DNA of 64,000 bases, taken from the IMG/VR virus record IMGVR_UViG_3300020048_000014, positions 1 through 64,000 of that record. The stretch is one strand, 5' to 3'. Position 1 is the stretch's first letter. The number at the start of each line of letters is the position of its first letter. The position numbers and the translations under genes are program-made. A model generated the notes under the pieces. It did no database searches. It was given only the letters and a program-made list of their open reading frames with translations, and was not told the origin of the DNA. This DNA is from a virus. Below are positions 19,573 through 30,299 of this stretch, piece by piece.

Positions 19573-20367
19573 ATGGCAAACAATATACCATACACTAAAG
19601 AAGAAATTGTCGAAGCGGTGAAAAAATCGAAGTCTTACTCTGATGTTTATAGACAATTAGGATTACAAATCAATGGTGGGTCATATAAATGGATGAAAAA
19701 ATTGATTGAAGATAATAATTTAGATATATCACATTTTATGACCAGTGAAGAAAGGATGCGAAGGATGACCGAATTGAGCAATAAGAGCAAAGGAGAGTCT
19801 TTATATTCGACGGATAATTTATCAAACGGTGAAAGACTCAGTAGCGGGAAATTACAGGGATTTTTGAAATTCAAAGGGATTGCGTATTTATGTAATTCAT
19901 GTGGTCTTGATAGATGGCTAGATAAGCCAATTAGATTGGATATAGATCACATAGATGGTGATTGTGCAAACAATCATATAAAAAACCTTCAATACATTTG
20001 TCCAAATTGTCATAGACAGAAAACTATTGAACTAGTGGAGACAAAAAATGGACTCAAAACCAAAGCAAAAATATGTAAAGAAAAACCATCAAAAACAAAT
20101 AAATGTGTTGATTGTGAAAATTTAATCAATATTAAAGCAACTAGATGTCTTTCGTGTAGCGGATCTAAAAGAATTAAAATAAATTACCCGTCTAAGGACA
20201 TATTATTGAGATTATTATGGGAAAAGCCGACATCATTAATAGCAAAGGATATAGGATGCAGTGATAAAGCAATTGAAAAATATGCAAAAAAATTAGGTTT
20301 ATCTAAACCAGATCGAGGATATTGGCAAAAACTAAAATATATTAATGGTTCGCGTGAGGATAATTGA
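19573..20367 (+). CDS. HNH homing endonuclease-like protein
   Basis: CNSCG...LDIDHIDGDCANNHIKNLQYICPNCH; Zn-finger and HTH-like C-terminus. Confidence 0.88.
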   Translation: MANNIPYTKEEIVEAVKKSKSYSDVYRQLGLQINGGSYKWMKKLIEDNNLDISHFMTSEERMRRMTELSNKSKGESLYSTDNLSNGERLSSGKLQGFLKFKGIAYLCNSCGLDRWLDKPIRLDIDHIDGDCANNHIKNLQYICPNCHRQKTIELVETKNGLKTKAKICKEKPSKTNKCVDCENLINIKATRCLSCSGSKRIKINYPSKDILLRLLWEKPTSLIAKDIGCSDKAIEKYAKKLGLSKPDRGYWQKLKYINGSREDN

Positions 20368-20449
20368 ACTACCGTACACCTTGTAAGGGCTTTCCATTTA
20401 TAACCCAGAGATTCTGATCACTGGGTTACCGGAGATTTATATATTAAAA

Positions 20450-20559
20450 TGGTGGACCCGGTGGGTTACGATCCCACTTCCTGCCGTTTATTCTGCAATA
20501 TCTCAACTTAATGTGATACTGCTAAAGAGACGGCTGCTCGACCACTGAGCTTCAAGTCC
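20450..20559 (-). tRNA. tRNA-Lys(CTT) with 35-nt insertion in the anticodon loop (20490-20524)
   Basis: Acceptor, D and T arms intact; gccgt-CTCTT-[35 nt]-AA-acggc; CCA encoded. Confidence 0.78.
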
Positions 20560-20571
20560 TATATTATAAAG

Positions 20572-20684
20572 TGATCCGGGTGGAACTCGAATCCACAAAT
20601 TATTGATTTTCGAGGAAAGACTTATTTGATTTATAAATCTTCCCGGAGAAAGTCAATTGCCTATACCAATTCGGCTACCGGACC
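20572..20684 (-). tRNA. tRNA-Phe(GAA) or tRNA-Glu(TTC) with 39-nt insertion in the anticodon loop
   Basis: ggtccgg/ccggatc acceptor; attga-CT-[39 nt]-GAAAA-tcaat; no encoded CCA. Confidence 0.72.
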
Positions 20685-21064
20685 ATTAAATCTTACTTAG
20701 TCAACGACTTCCTCAATACCATTAGAATCAATCAACATTGATTCATATACTTGAGAATCATCATTGTAAAAGTCATAAGACATATCCTCAAACTTCTGTT
20801 GTGCTTCATCTGCCGAATTAGCATCGATGAAGACATCGATTGTCATTGTTACTTTGTATTGTGTCATGTTCGTATTCTATTATAGTGTTTTATCAATCAA
20901 AATTCCAATCTCAAGTCGCATTCTATCAAGTATATAATCAATGTCAATAGCATTATTCTCTAATGGAACATCGTCCATGTATTCTTGAATATCATCTTGA
21001 TATCCGATAATAATTTCTTCGATTTCTTTTTGGAGTTCTTGCTTGGTCATGTCCTTATTATAGA

Positions 21065-21776
21065 TTAGTGTTTAATCATTTCTTTTACATACTCCATTAG
21101 ATATAAGCGAGGAGCCAATTGAATCATAATCCAATCAAGGTTATGATAGGAAAAGGATATAAATCCACCAATCGGAAAAAGAAAAAACATGCTAAATGGT
21201 AGATCGTCTATATCTTTTTTAAGTGACCATTTTACAAACTTATATGCTGCAAACAAACTCAACAATGCCCCTACAATACCTACAATAAACTGACTTAGAC
21301 TCATCCAATAGTTATATTGGAGAAGTTCTTGAATGAATAGTGGTATTTGCTCTGCTCCAAAATCAGTAGTCGTCTTAATGGTTTGCTCTAACCAATTAAG
21401 TAGATTGATTGATTTTTGTTCTAGTTCTTCTTTCATATTATTTGTTCATTAAATCGTTCCAAACTTCTGTTACTCTATTGATCAATCGACCATCCCATCC
21501 CGGAACTCTATTGATTCTCCTAGACTTGATAACACCCTTATCGGTTTTAAGGTTGATAGCTGCCACTCTGATTGCATCAGCACCACACTTGGCAGATAGT
21601 CCACTATTCTTATTCAGCGAAGAATAAACCCTAATCTGAAGCCAAGGCTTGCTCTTAGGAATCTTACTATACACTACTTCTTTATGATATCCACTATATT
21701 CTTTCACCCAATTCTTTTCAGGTTTGAAAATAGCATCCATTTCAAGTTCTGTAATTAAGCAATAGTGAGTAGCCAT
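21065..21776 (-). other. Two hypothetical genes (21065-21436 membrane protein; 21438-21776)
   Basis: Abutting ATG ORFs. Confidence 0.75.
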
Positions 21777-21797
21777 GTCAGTATTATATAGTAGTGT

Positions 21798-22112
21798 TTA
21801 ATCAATAGAATTGTTGACCTGATCTAGCAATTTAACTGCTTCATTGTATACTCGAAACAATGACCACGTATTTTGATTATCATCATAGTGAGCAGTATCA
21901 AATCCAATCATCCAATACTCTAAATCAAAAATATTACAAGTTCTGGAGAATGTCAGACCGCCATGAATATCACAGGGAATATCATCATATTTCATACCAT
22001 ACCACGGATGACCTTTTGGAATAGCTACATATCCATTGGCAAGTCCTCGATCATATAGTTTAATAAACTCTGGATCAATTGGTGCAATAATAATTAAAGG
22101 TTGTGCTTTCAT
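21798..22112 (-). CDS. Conserved phage protein (NGYV...HGGLTF...GFDTAH)
   Basis: Pattern common in phage hypothetical proteins. Confidence 0.75.
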   Translation of the reverse strand: MKAQPLIIIAPIDPEFIKLYDRGLANGYVAIPKGHPWYGMKYDDIPCDIHGGLTFSRTCNIFDLEYWMIGFDTAHYDDNQNTWSLFRVYNEAVKLLDQVNNSID

Positions 22113-22139
22113 ATACGTTTATTATAGTTTAGTGTTTTA

Positions 22140-24746
22140 TCAATTTTCTTTAACGTCTTTCAAACCAAGGATGAAAAAGAATGCACACGCAATTCGCATT
22201 GCATACTTGGGAAATCCTTCAACATAGAAGATATCAAATACTGTCAATGATCCTGATCGAATAGACCAAGAATATCCAATAAGACCCCAGATCATTCCAA
22301 TGACATATCCTATACCATTTTTAGTATGGCCCAAGACAAGATAAGCTCCCGTCAATCCAAAGATAAATCTTATACAAGTCCCGATTCCATAAAGACTAAA
22401 ATCCAAGAATACACCAAAAGAAAGAATAAGTAATCCAATAACGATTCGAAATCCACCGAATAAATTTAATAAAGAATTCATAATAATATTATACCACGAT
22501 TCATCTGAAAAGGGATTGGACCTAATCAGATGAATCCACCCACTTGTTTATCAAACTCCAGCCACCACTAGAGTTTCGATATCTTCTTCGACATGATTAC
22601 ACTCAGCCGTAAGTTGTCGAGTAAGTTCTTCCAACTTCTTACGAAGTTTTTCTTGACGCTTACTTTCCTTAGCAGCAGCTTTATCTTCATCAGTAAGAAC
22701 AGGCTTTTCAAGCTTACTCTTCTTAGCAAGATTCAATCCATCGACAACGATAGCAAATGTATCAACTTCTTGAGCATCGCCATTATCATCAGGTAGAAGA
22801 CCCACTTGATTGTTGAATGCAACTTCAAGTAGAAGTGCAATCACACCCTTATCAGTAAGATTATAATTAGCCTTCAGAGTTTGAAGGGTTGCCTTTTGTT
22901 CTTCGCTAACATTGATAACAATTTGTTTAGCGACCGACTTTGTTACAGTTTCAGTTTCCATATACGTTTATTATAGTTTAGTGTTTTATAAATTACTTTG
23001 ACCACATTTCATAGAGAATATATCCAATCAATGCGATCAATAGAATTGCGATGACTAACCCAAAGCTAATCCAGATTGGTGATAGAACCCACCACCAAGA
23101 CCATGCAATGTATCCAGTCAATTTTAAACCAATGAATAGGACGGTCAAAAGACCCGCAAATCCGATTCCGCCAGATGATGTATTATTTGTATTACTCATA
23201 ATTTTAATATTCTAGTTCTTCTACTTCATATCGAAATGCTTTGAATATATCTGACTCATTCCAACGATGAAATTCATCCTTGAGAAGAAGACTATAAGCT
23301 GCGAATAAAGCATTCGTCAAAGACTTATGATTAGAGTATTCAACGTAATCAGTTGATGGTGGTTCCCAATAAGAACCCGAATCATGAGATTCATAACCAA
23401 CTTCAAATTCATTAAAGTCTTTATCTGTCATCACACTAACACCATCAAATTCAATACCCCATGGGGAATCCAAATCAGTAATATACTCTGGAATTTTATA
23501 AGTCAACTCGGTTCCCTTAGTTTTAAGGAACTTGATGAAGCTATCCAGAATAGTATTACAGAATTTAGTATTACGGATAATCATTCGGATTTCCGATTCA
23601 TCTTCTGTTCCATAATTAGGTTCGGCCATGTGCCAATCTTTATCATCAGTTTTGACAAAGAGAGCGGACCAAGATTTATCATCTTCTAAAAATTCTTGAT
23701 ATTCGAATTGGATCATGTCAGTATTATAGATTAGTGTTTTATTGATCTTCTTCGTATCCAATCTTCTCAAGATGTCTCCACCGATAGATTACTTCATCAT
23801 CTTTACTGACTTCTTTTACCATATGACCGTTCTCATAAGCTTCTCTTTGAGTATCACGAACGCCTTCTTGATAGATCCTAAACTCTTTAGGTAAAGCAAT
23901 CATCAGCAATACTAATGATTGAGATCCTACAACCAAACCAGACACAAATGCTGGGTATAAATATTCTTTTTTCATATATATTAATCAATATCTTCTGGGA
24001 TATCGAGAAGATTCTCCAATTTAATATTGTAGACCGGAGGAGCCTCGGAAGGTTCCATAAGTTTCTTAGCATCTGAATTCGTCAAATAAGTTGCGAAAGT
24101 TGCTTTATCGACAATCTCATTATTAGCATAATAGATACTTTTCGGACGATGCGAATCACATTGAGATGTAGTCATACGAAGATAGATTACTTCCTTATCA
24201 CTATCCTTTGGAGTATGAGTGATAAGGTATGGGAATAGACTCTTACCTGTATCTTTATCAATCATCCAGCTACCGAAAGGTAACTCTTGAACTTCACCTC
24301 TTGTTCCATCAGCAATTCCTTGCTTGATCGATGAAAGATTGGCATAATTTACACCAGCTTGAATAACAGTGCTTGTAACTTTCTCAAGTAAAATATTCTT
24401 AAACTCTGCTTTAGGTTTAGGATTGCTACGATAGCGCACTTTTACAAATTGTCCTTTGCTATTTAAAATTTTATTTTTAATAGCGTCGGCAGATAATGGA
24501 TTCACAGTCGTTGTCATGTCAGTATTGTATAGTAGTGTTTAATCAGATTGTTTGAACGAGAGATTCATCAAGTGTCTCACCATGGGTGAAGATGAACCCA
24601 TCAAAAAGATATAAAATACGGTCCCCATAGTTGGAGATCATAATATCTTCGATAGAATTTGAGCGGACGAATGTCTTTTTGGTCATGGAATGTCTATGTG
24701 AACCAGTCATCCAATCATCAACCCAGATTATCGTATATTCTTTCAT
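22140..24746 (-). other. Run of hypothetical genes
   Basis: 22140-22481, 22551-22961, 22993-23199 (membrane), 23204-23716, 23739-23975, 23981-24517, 24543-24746. Confidence 0.75.
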
Positions 24747-24748
24747 AA

Positions 24749-25075
24749 TTATTTTGTAATTTTAAGATTGCTAACATCAACACCAAACTTATCAGCAATT
24801 TGGTCCATTGTCAATACAATTTCTTTAGCGGCTAGACGAATGAACTCTTCCTGAGAAAGACGCGTACCATGCACATACCATGCTTTATATCCACCAACAT
24901 AACCAACATACATTGCTGGTCCATCAAGACGATGACGCTTGCCTTCAACATACCATTCTTTAGATCCATTAGCAAACTCCATTGCTGGACCATCAATGCG
25001 ATGAAGAATTTTCATAGCTGCATCGCTATAATAATGCTTAGTGCCATATTCGTTAATTTTAATATACTGGTTCAT
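24749..25075 (-). CDS. HRxDGPA-repeat protein, paralog 1
   Basis: LHRIDGPA, RHRLDGPA repeats. Confidence 0.85.
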   Translation of the reverse strand: MNQYIKINEYGTKHYYSDAAMKILHRIDGPAMEFANGSKEWYVEGKRHRLDGPAMYVGYVGGYKAWYVHGTRLSQEEFIRLAAKEIVLTMDQIADKFGVDVSNLKITK

Positions 25076-25077
25076 AA

Positions 25078-25555
25078 TTATTTGTATTTTGCAATTAGTG
25101 GATGTTCATTATTAAACTTATATTGTCTACCTTGCCAACCACGAATCTTAGTTCCCTGTTCATTATAGAAATGAGAGATTGATCCATTAGTGGACGCAGT
25201 AATCATATTAGTCGTTTTAATAGCGGACTCAATACTTGCATCGTAATCCTTGAGAGTGAGTTTATAGAATAGAGTGAATAGCGTCTTCATGTCAGTATTA
25301 TGTATTAGTGTTTAATAAGTAATTCGCATCAGCATCCATTACATTATCCTTTAGTAGGATAGAATATGATGCCACCATCGTAACTTCATTGAGTGGATCA
25401 GCATGTGAAATAACTCGTTCTCCAACCATACCATCAGAAACTATATGCGTCTGCATACCGATCACTAAAACTTTGCTACCTTCTTCGACAAGATAGTTAA
25501 TATCATGAAGAAATCCCATGTTATCAACTGGTTCGTAATATCTATGAATGTTCAT
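25078..25555 (-). other. Two small hypothetical genes
   Basis: 25078-25290, 25298-25555. Confidence 0.7.
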
Positions 25556-25959
25556 TAGTATTTTTCTTTTACGTAGTTTACTCCATCATAATACCAAATG
25601 GCCTTATATGAAATCTCTCTGAGAATTCTGTAACAATTGACACATGGTTTAGATATAGCAGGATCATTAAGATTATTAATCCTTACATTGTAGAAAGTTA
25701 GATGACTACAATCTTCAAGTCCCATACGAATTAATGATGCTACTTCACTATGAATACCAGCAACATAATTACCGATAGATCTAGTTGATTTATATTCTCC
25801 ATACTTGTAATGGAGATTCTGCTTATTATAAGAATTGTTAGCCAAACAAATCAACTTAGATCCATGATATACAAACGTCGTATGGAATGACTTTCCAGAT
25901 TGTTGGAGGGGTTTTAATGCTCTTGTAATATCTTCAAGACGGGAGAAATTAACAGCCAT
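25555..25959 (-). CDS. Cytidine/dCMP deaminase-like protein
   Basis: HSE and KPCVNC zinc-binding motifs. Confidence 0.75.
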   Translation of the reverse strand: MAVNFSRLEDITRALKPLQQSGKSFHTTFVYHGSKLICLANNSYNKQNLHYKYGEYKSTRSIGNYVAGIHSEVASLIRMGLEDCSHLTFYNVRINNLNDPAISKPCVNCYRILREISYKAIWYYDGVNYVKEKY

Positions 25960-25980
25960 GAATGAATTATAGATTAGTGT

Positions 25981-26673
25981 TTATACAGTCAAAGCGAATC
26001 CAGTCTTATCAATCTTAGCGTGACGCTTACCTTTAAGTGCAACAATACAACCTTTAGGATCAAGAAATCTAAGATCATGATCATCACCATTCACGGCACG
26101 TTTACCATTAAATTTCTTTGGCTGTTCACCATTAAAAACAATAGCGACATTCCCTTTACTTCCAAGAATAGCTTGGCATTTCAAATCATTATCTTCCTTC
26201 CTAGAGAAAGTGAGGTGATAATTCTTAGGCAATTTCTTGTCCAAGAACTCCACCATCCTATTAAAGTCTGGAGTGTAATCATAAAACTGCACATCATCAA
26301 ACATCTCCAAAAGAGTTACACCATTATGTTTGATCTTATGCCAAGGTAGATCACTTGTAAGATTCAAACGAAAGCATGGAGTCAATCCATTCTTTACAGA
26401 TTTCTTAATAGCTGAAGTGATTTCTTTAATAAGTTGTTCCATGAACCCACTCTTATCTGTAAAGAAGTATTTGGTTTTATTGATACGTGCCAATTGAACA
26501 GATGAATAAGCACCCATGCCAGCAGTATTTAAACAAGCTGCACGGCAACCAGCACTAGAGTTCTTACATACATTAAATCCAGAAAGTTTTTCAGGTGCAA
26601 GATGAATCCCGAACGAAGCGAAATTAAAAGCTAAAGATTTTTTCAATTTTGTATTAGTGGTGAGCAAGTTCAT
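25981..26673 (-). CDS. Cys-motif phage protein (Gp88-like)
   Basis: NVC...GCRAACL..AG.G, FRLNLTSD, FYDYT, DxRFLD. Confidence 0.7.
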   Translation of the reverse strand: MNLLTTNTKLKKSLAFNFASFGIHLAPEKLSGFNVCKNSSAGCRAACLNTAGMGAYSSVQLARINKTKYFFTDKSGFMEQLIKEITSAIKKSVKNGLTPCFRLNLTSDLPWHKIKHNGVTLLEMFDDVQFYDYTPDFNRMVEFLDKKLPKNYHLTFSRKEDNDLKCQAILGSKGNVAIVFNGEQPKKFNGKRAVNGDDHDLRFLDPKGCIVALKGKRHAKIDKTGFALTV

Positions 26674-26694
26674 GGACGTATTGTATAGTAGTGT

Positions 26695-28889
26695 TTAATT
26701 GAATCTTTTCTTGAAATAAGTAAACTGTCTTTGTGAACCTAGAGAGATAGTAATATCAAATCCTTTGATTCCTAATCTCTCAATCTCTTTATAAGAGAAC
26801 TTATAACCACGCTTCCCACAATAATATACAATGGATACTAGTTTATCTATATTTCCTAATACTTGATATCTAGCAGTAACTCCATGGGGAAACATCTTCT
26901 TAGGTTTACCAGTATAGTTTGCACCGGGAACCGAATAGGCAACTATATTAGGAAATTTACTCATGTAAAATTACAGGTTTGTTTGAAACAATCAGGCTTA
27001 TCGATTCTCTTATATTGATACTCCTCGTTCATCTTATACCAAATCTCTGCGTCATCGTCCCAACAAGTAGGATCTATACAATCAAGTTCCCTACGTTCAA
27101 TTAGAAGATATGTATAATAACACTCACAGATGCCATAGCAATCATCTTGAGATTCAATCATTTTAATCAGAGCATCAAGATCAAGGAAACTACCACGATA
27201 AGCCTTGCCCAGTGATGTTTCTGGATCAAATGATGGGGGATTCTTTACTCTCCATTCATTGGAAAAGGCTCTGCGTTCTTCTCTATTCATACCGACAGTT
27301 GCTTCATCATAAGCAACTTCTTTTACTCTAATTCTGTACCATGCATCGATATGACTCTGTGACATCGCTATCAGATTGTATACGTATTGTTGGGAGTTCA
27401 TAAGTTTATCAGATTTAAAAGTTTATCAGATTTAAAAGTTTATCAGATTTAAAAGTTTATCAAAACAATAAAGTTATTATATTATAGTGTTTTATCAAAA
27501 GTTTTCTTCAATTTGAGCAATTCTCTTTCAGGGCAATCTGATGAATTAATCCATCGAATGATTCCATCCATGGATGTTCCTGAAGTTCCGCCGCATAGAA
27601 ATGCTTCAACATTATCAACTGCGTCTTCATGAAGCTGATTGAGATCAGCATTACCTTCGACAATGGATTCGAAGATCTCATCATTTTTTTCGAATTCAGA
27701 GACAATCTCCTCGTATTCATCGTCTGATAGAATTGGAGGTATGTTGTATTGTGTAATATTACCATTCAATAAATAAGCAACGTCATACTTATCATGTGTG
27801 GATACCTCTGCCAAGTCGTGGATGGCTCTTAGAATATAATCTTTTCGATCTTGTTCCATATTAATGTTCTTTCAAAAATGCTGATAAAATATCTAACTTA
27901 TACATTCCCACCGTCATCATTGATGCATGGGAAGCGAACTCATATAAATTAGCAGACTTGAATTTTGTCCCATCGGGATAAACAAACGCAAGTATAGTAG
28001 GATGGAGTTCATTTATAAAGTCTGGTTCATAATCTGATACTCCAGCCATTTTCAGTTGTTTGTAAAGTTTCTCACAACTTTCTCTGGAAGATGGAGAATT
28101 ACCTTGGAATATAAATCCCTGCCGCTCTGAATAATTATTCTTCAGTTCTTCTAAAGATAAACTTTTATATGTCATAAATTATGATCTAATGTAATAGGTC
28201 GAGCCATCAACATTAATCTCGAAATAATCAGAAAGAGCTTCTTCGGCAGCTCCATCCCAATCCATTTCCATATGATTCCACGGCCATTTACCGGATTCAA
28301 ACTCTTTAGGCATCTCATAACAATCATCGATAATGTCTTTGATATAATCTGAGAAGTGTGTTTCATGGATAAGAGTCTCTCCATGGTTCCAATCAGGTGA
28401 GTCCTCTCCTTCAGAAATTACTTGAGTGAGAGTATCAAGTTCATCCTTATCGTATGATTGATTGAATTGATCCAATGCTTCTTGAGCTTCTCCAACTTCA
28501 TTTTCAGCATCTTGAAATTCTGCCAACGATGACTCAGAACCTTTAATATTTTCCAGTTCTAATTTAGCTTCTTCAAAAGATTCCACAAGAGCATTAAATT
28601 CATCTTGTAGTTCACCGTGACGTCCAATAATAGAACGTGAATCGATTGTATTGTCTCCCCAATTAAATGTCGTCTTCATATGGTTATTATATATTAGTGT
28701 TTAATCGTTTAAAATTTTGTTTCGCCATACCATGAACTCTAGGTATTTTTCAAATGATGCAAATTCACCATCGGATAACCATTTGTTCCATCGTTCTTGA
28801 ATCTTCTGATCTGGGTGTTGTTTTTTCTTATTCATAAAAAGGTGAGCGTGGCTCCGCGCTATTATGGATACATCTTCCCAACACCCCAT
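26695..28889 (-). other. Run of hypothetical genes
   Basis: 26695-26964, 26961-27401, 27482-27859, 27861-28175, 28179-28679, 28701-28889. Confidence 0.72.
27402..27462. repeat. 17-bp tandem repeat, about 3.6 copies
   Basis: aagtttatcagatttaa. Confidence 0.92.
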
Positions 28890-28936
28890 TAGCTAGATGG
28901 GCAGTCAGGATACGTAATATCTTCAAGCGACACTCA

Positions 28937-29710
28937 TTAAAAATTTGTTTGTTTGATATTATTTGGTGGTATATTTTTTGTAGTGAAAACCGCATTGTAA
29001 TTTTTACTTTTCGGAAACATCGGATCTCTGTATAATTCGTTAGGATGCTCAATTTCCAAAACCACCATATTCCTCGTAAAGAATTTTGAAAGATTTTTGA
29101 CTCCATTTGATTTAGCAGTCTCAATTTTAGAATTGCTTAATTGTTGCTTCAATCTATTTAAAATGGAAGCATCCTTCGTCTGAATCAGATAGATTCTACC
29201 TCCGGGATGTGAGAAAACTGTTGTAGATTCTCTAGGGGACAACCCAATCTTTTGTATTTTAGGTAAATAAAAATTATATGTTATATGATAGAAAGGTGCT
29301 ACCAACTTATCCTCATCCGATAAGAGTGTTGGATACTTTGGTTCAATCAGTAATTTATATTGATAAAAGGAATTCCTTGGAAGAGTCTGCCCTACAAAAT
29401 AACCATATGTGCTCAGTTGTTTATTCAACCTTTCGACGAATGGCTCGATACTAGAACTCTCTTCAACAAATTCTACATATATATCAATTGTTTGAAGATC
29501 ACCGATCTTAGAGAATGTTATATCGAATTCCCGACTTTTGATATTTTGTAAGAATTTTATTACATTCTCTCTAGGATAAGATGTGATTAATCCTTCGTTT
29601 ATCTCATGAGTCCAACAACTTTCACCAAACTTACCGAATATTGAATAATCTTCTGGAATATATTCAAATAAATTAAGGTAGTAATTAAATGCTTTGTCAA
29701 ATTTACTCAT
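28937..29710 (-). CDS. Protein with an ADP-ribosyltransferase/Tpt1-like C-terminal domain
   Basis: FYHIT...IQKIGLSP...GGRIYL pattern. Confidence 0.5.
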   Translation of the reverse strand: MSKFDKAFNYYLNLFEYIPEDYSIFGKFGESCWTHEINEGLITSYPRENVIKFLQNIKSREFDITFSKIGDLQTIDIYVEFVEESSSIEPFVERLNKQLSTYGYFVGQTLPRNSFYQYKLLIEPKYPTLLSDEDKLVAPFYHITYNFYLPKIQKIGLSPRESTTVFSHPGGRIYLIQTKDASILNRLKQQLSNSKIETAKSNGVKNLSKFFTRNMVVLEIEHPNELYRDPMFPKSKNYNAVFTTKNIPPNNIKQTNF

Positions 29711-29728
29711 GATAATTATTTAATCTGA

Positions 29729-29878
29729 TTAAATGGGTGGGAATCGAACCCACGATTAACAGCTATTGACCATTTCAGGAATATTGATTCAAAGGTAACG
29801 TTCCCTATGATTCAATATTTAATCCTTCCCGCATTTTTCGAATTAATGCAACCTCGTAACCACAGAGGATTCCACTCA
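29729..29878 (-). ncRNA. tRNA-like element with a very long extra arm (Ser(CGA)-like loop)
   Basis: Acceptor tgagtgg/ccattta, perfect T arm gtggg-ttcgatt-cccac, internal long hairpin aatattga...tcaatatt. Confidence 0.5.
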
Positions 29879-29885
29879 AAACTAT

Positions 29886-30218
29886 TTACAAATTCACACC
29901 TTCGAATCCCAAATGCCCAGCGAGTGCGATATCTTCATAATCGAGATCTTTAAAATATTTTACTGCTCGATTTTGAAGATTCTCAAATGCATCCAACACA
30001 ACCTGCTCACGATCTTTGACTGCTGGAAGATTATATTGATCAGACATTGCACGATTGACCGCAATGGCAGTCCCAATCTTTTTATTCCACTTATCAGCCT
30101 TTGGATTGATAAGACTGAAACCATAATTGATCTTATCATCAGTCTTGACTGCTACGGCGATGCCGCGAGGTTGTTTAGTTTCTGGATCTCTAATATATTT
30201 TTTAATGATGGTTTTCAT
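29886..30218 (-). CDS. Hypothetical protein
   Basis: 110-aa ATG ORF, motif upstream. Confidence 0.8.
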   Translation of the reverse strand: MKTIIKKYIRDPETKQPRGIAVAVKTDDKINYGFSLINPKADKWNKKIGTAIAVNRAMSDQYNLPAVKDREQVVLDAFENLQNRAVKYFKDLDYEDIALAGHLGFEGVNL

Positions 30219-30259
30219 AATGTTATTATATTTTAGTGTTGTATCAATTAAAGTGTTTG

Positions 30260-30293
30260 AAAGGGGTGGTCATATTTCAAACCACCCCTTTCA
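30260..30293. terminator. Probable intrinsic terminator after rIIB
   Basis: gaaaggggtggt / accacccctttc stem. Confidence 0.65.
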
Positions 30294-30299
30294 AATTAA

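Noticed and set aside
20450-20684. Group I self-splicing introns in the tRNAs
   Set aside because: Inserts of 35 and 39 nt cannot hold a catalytic core.
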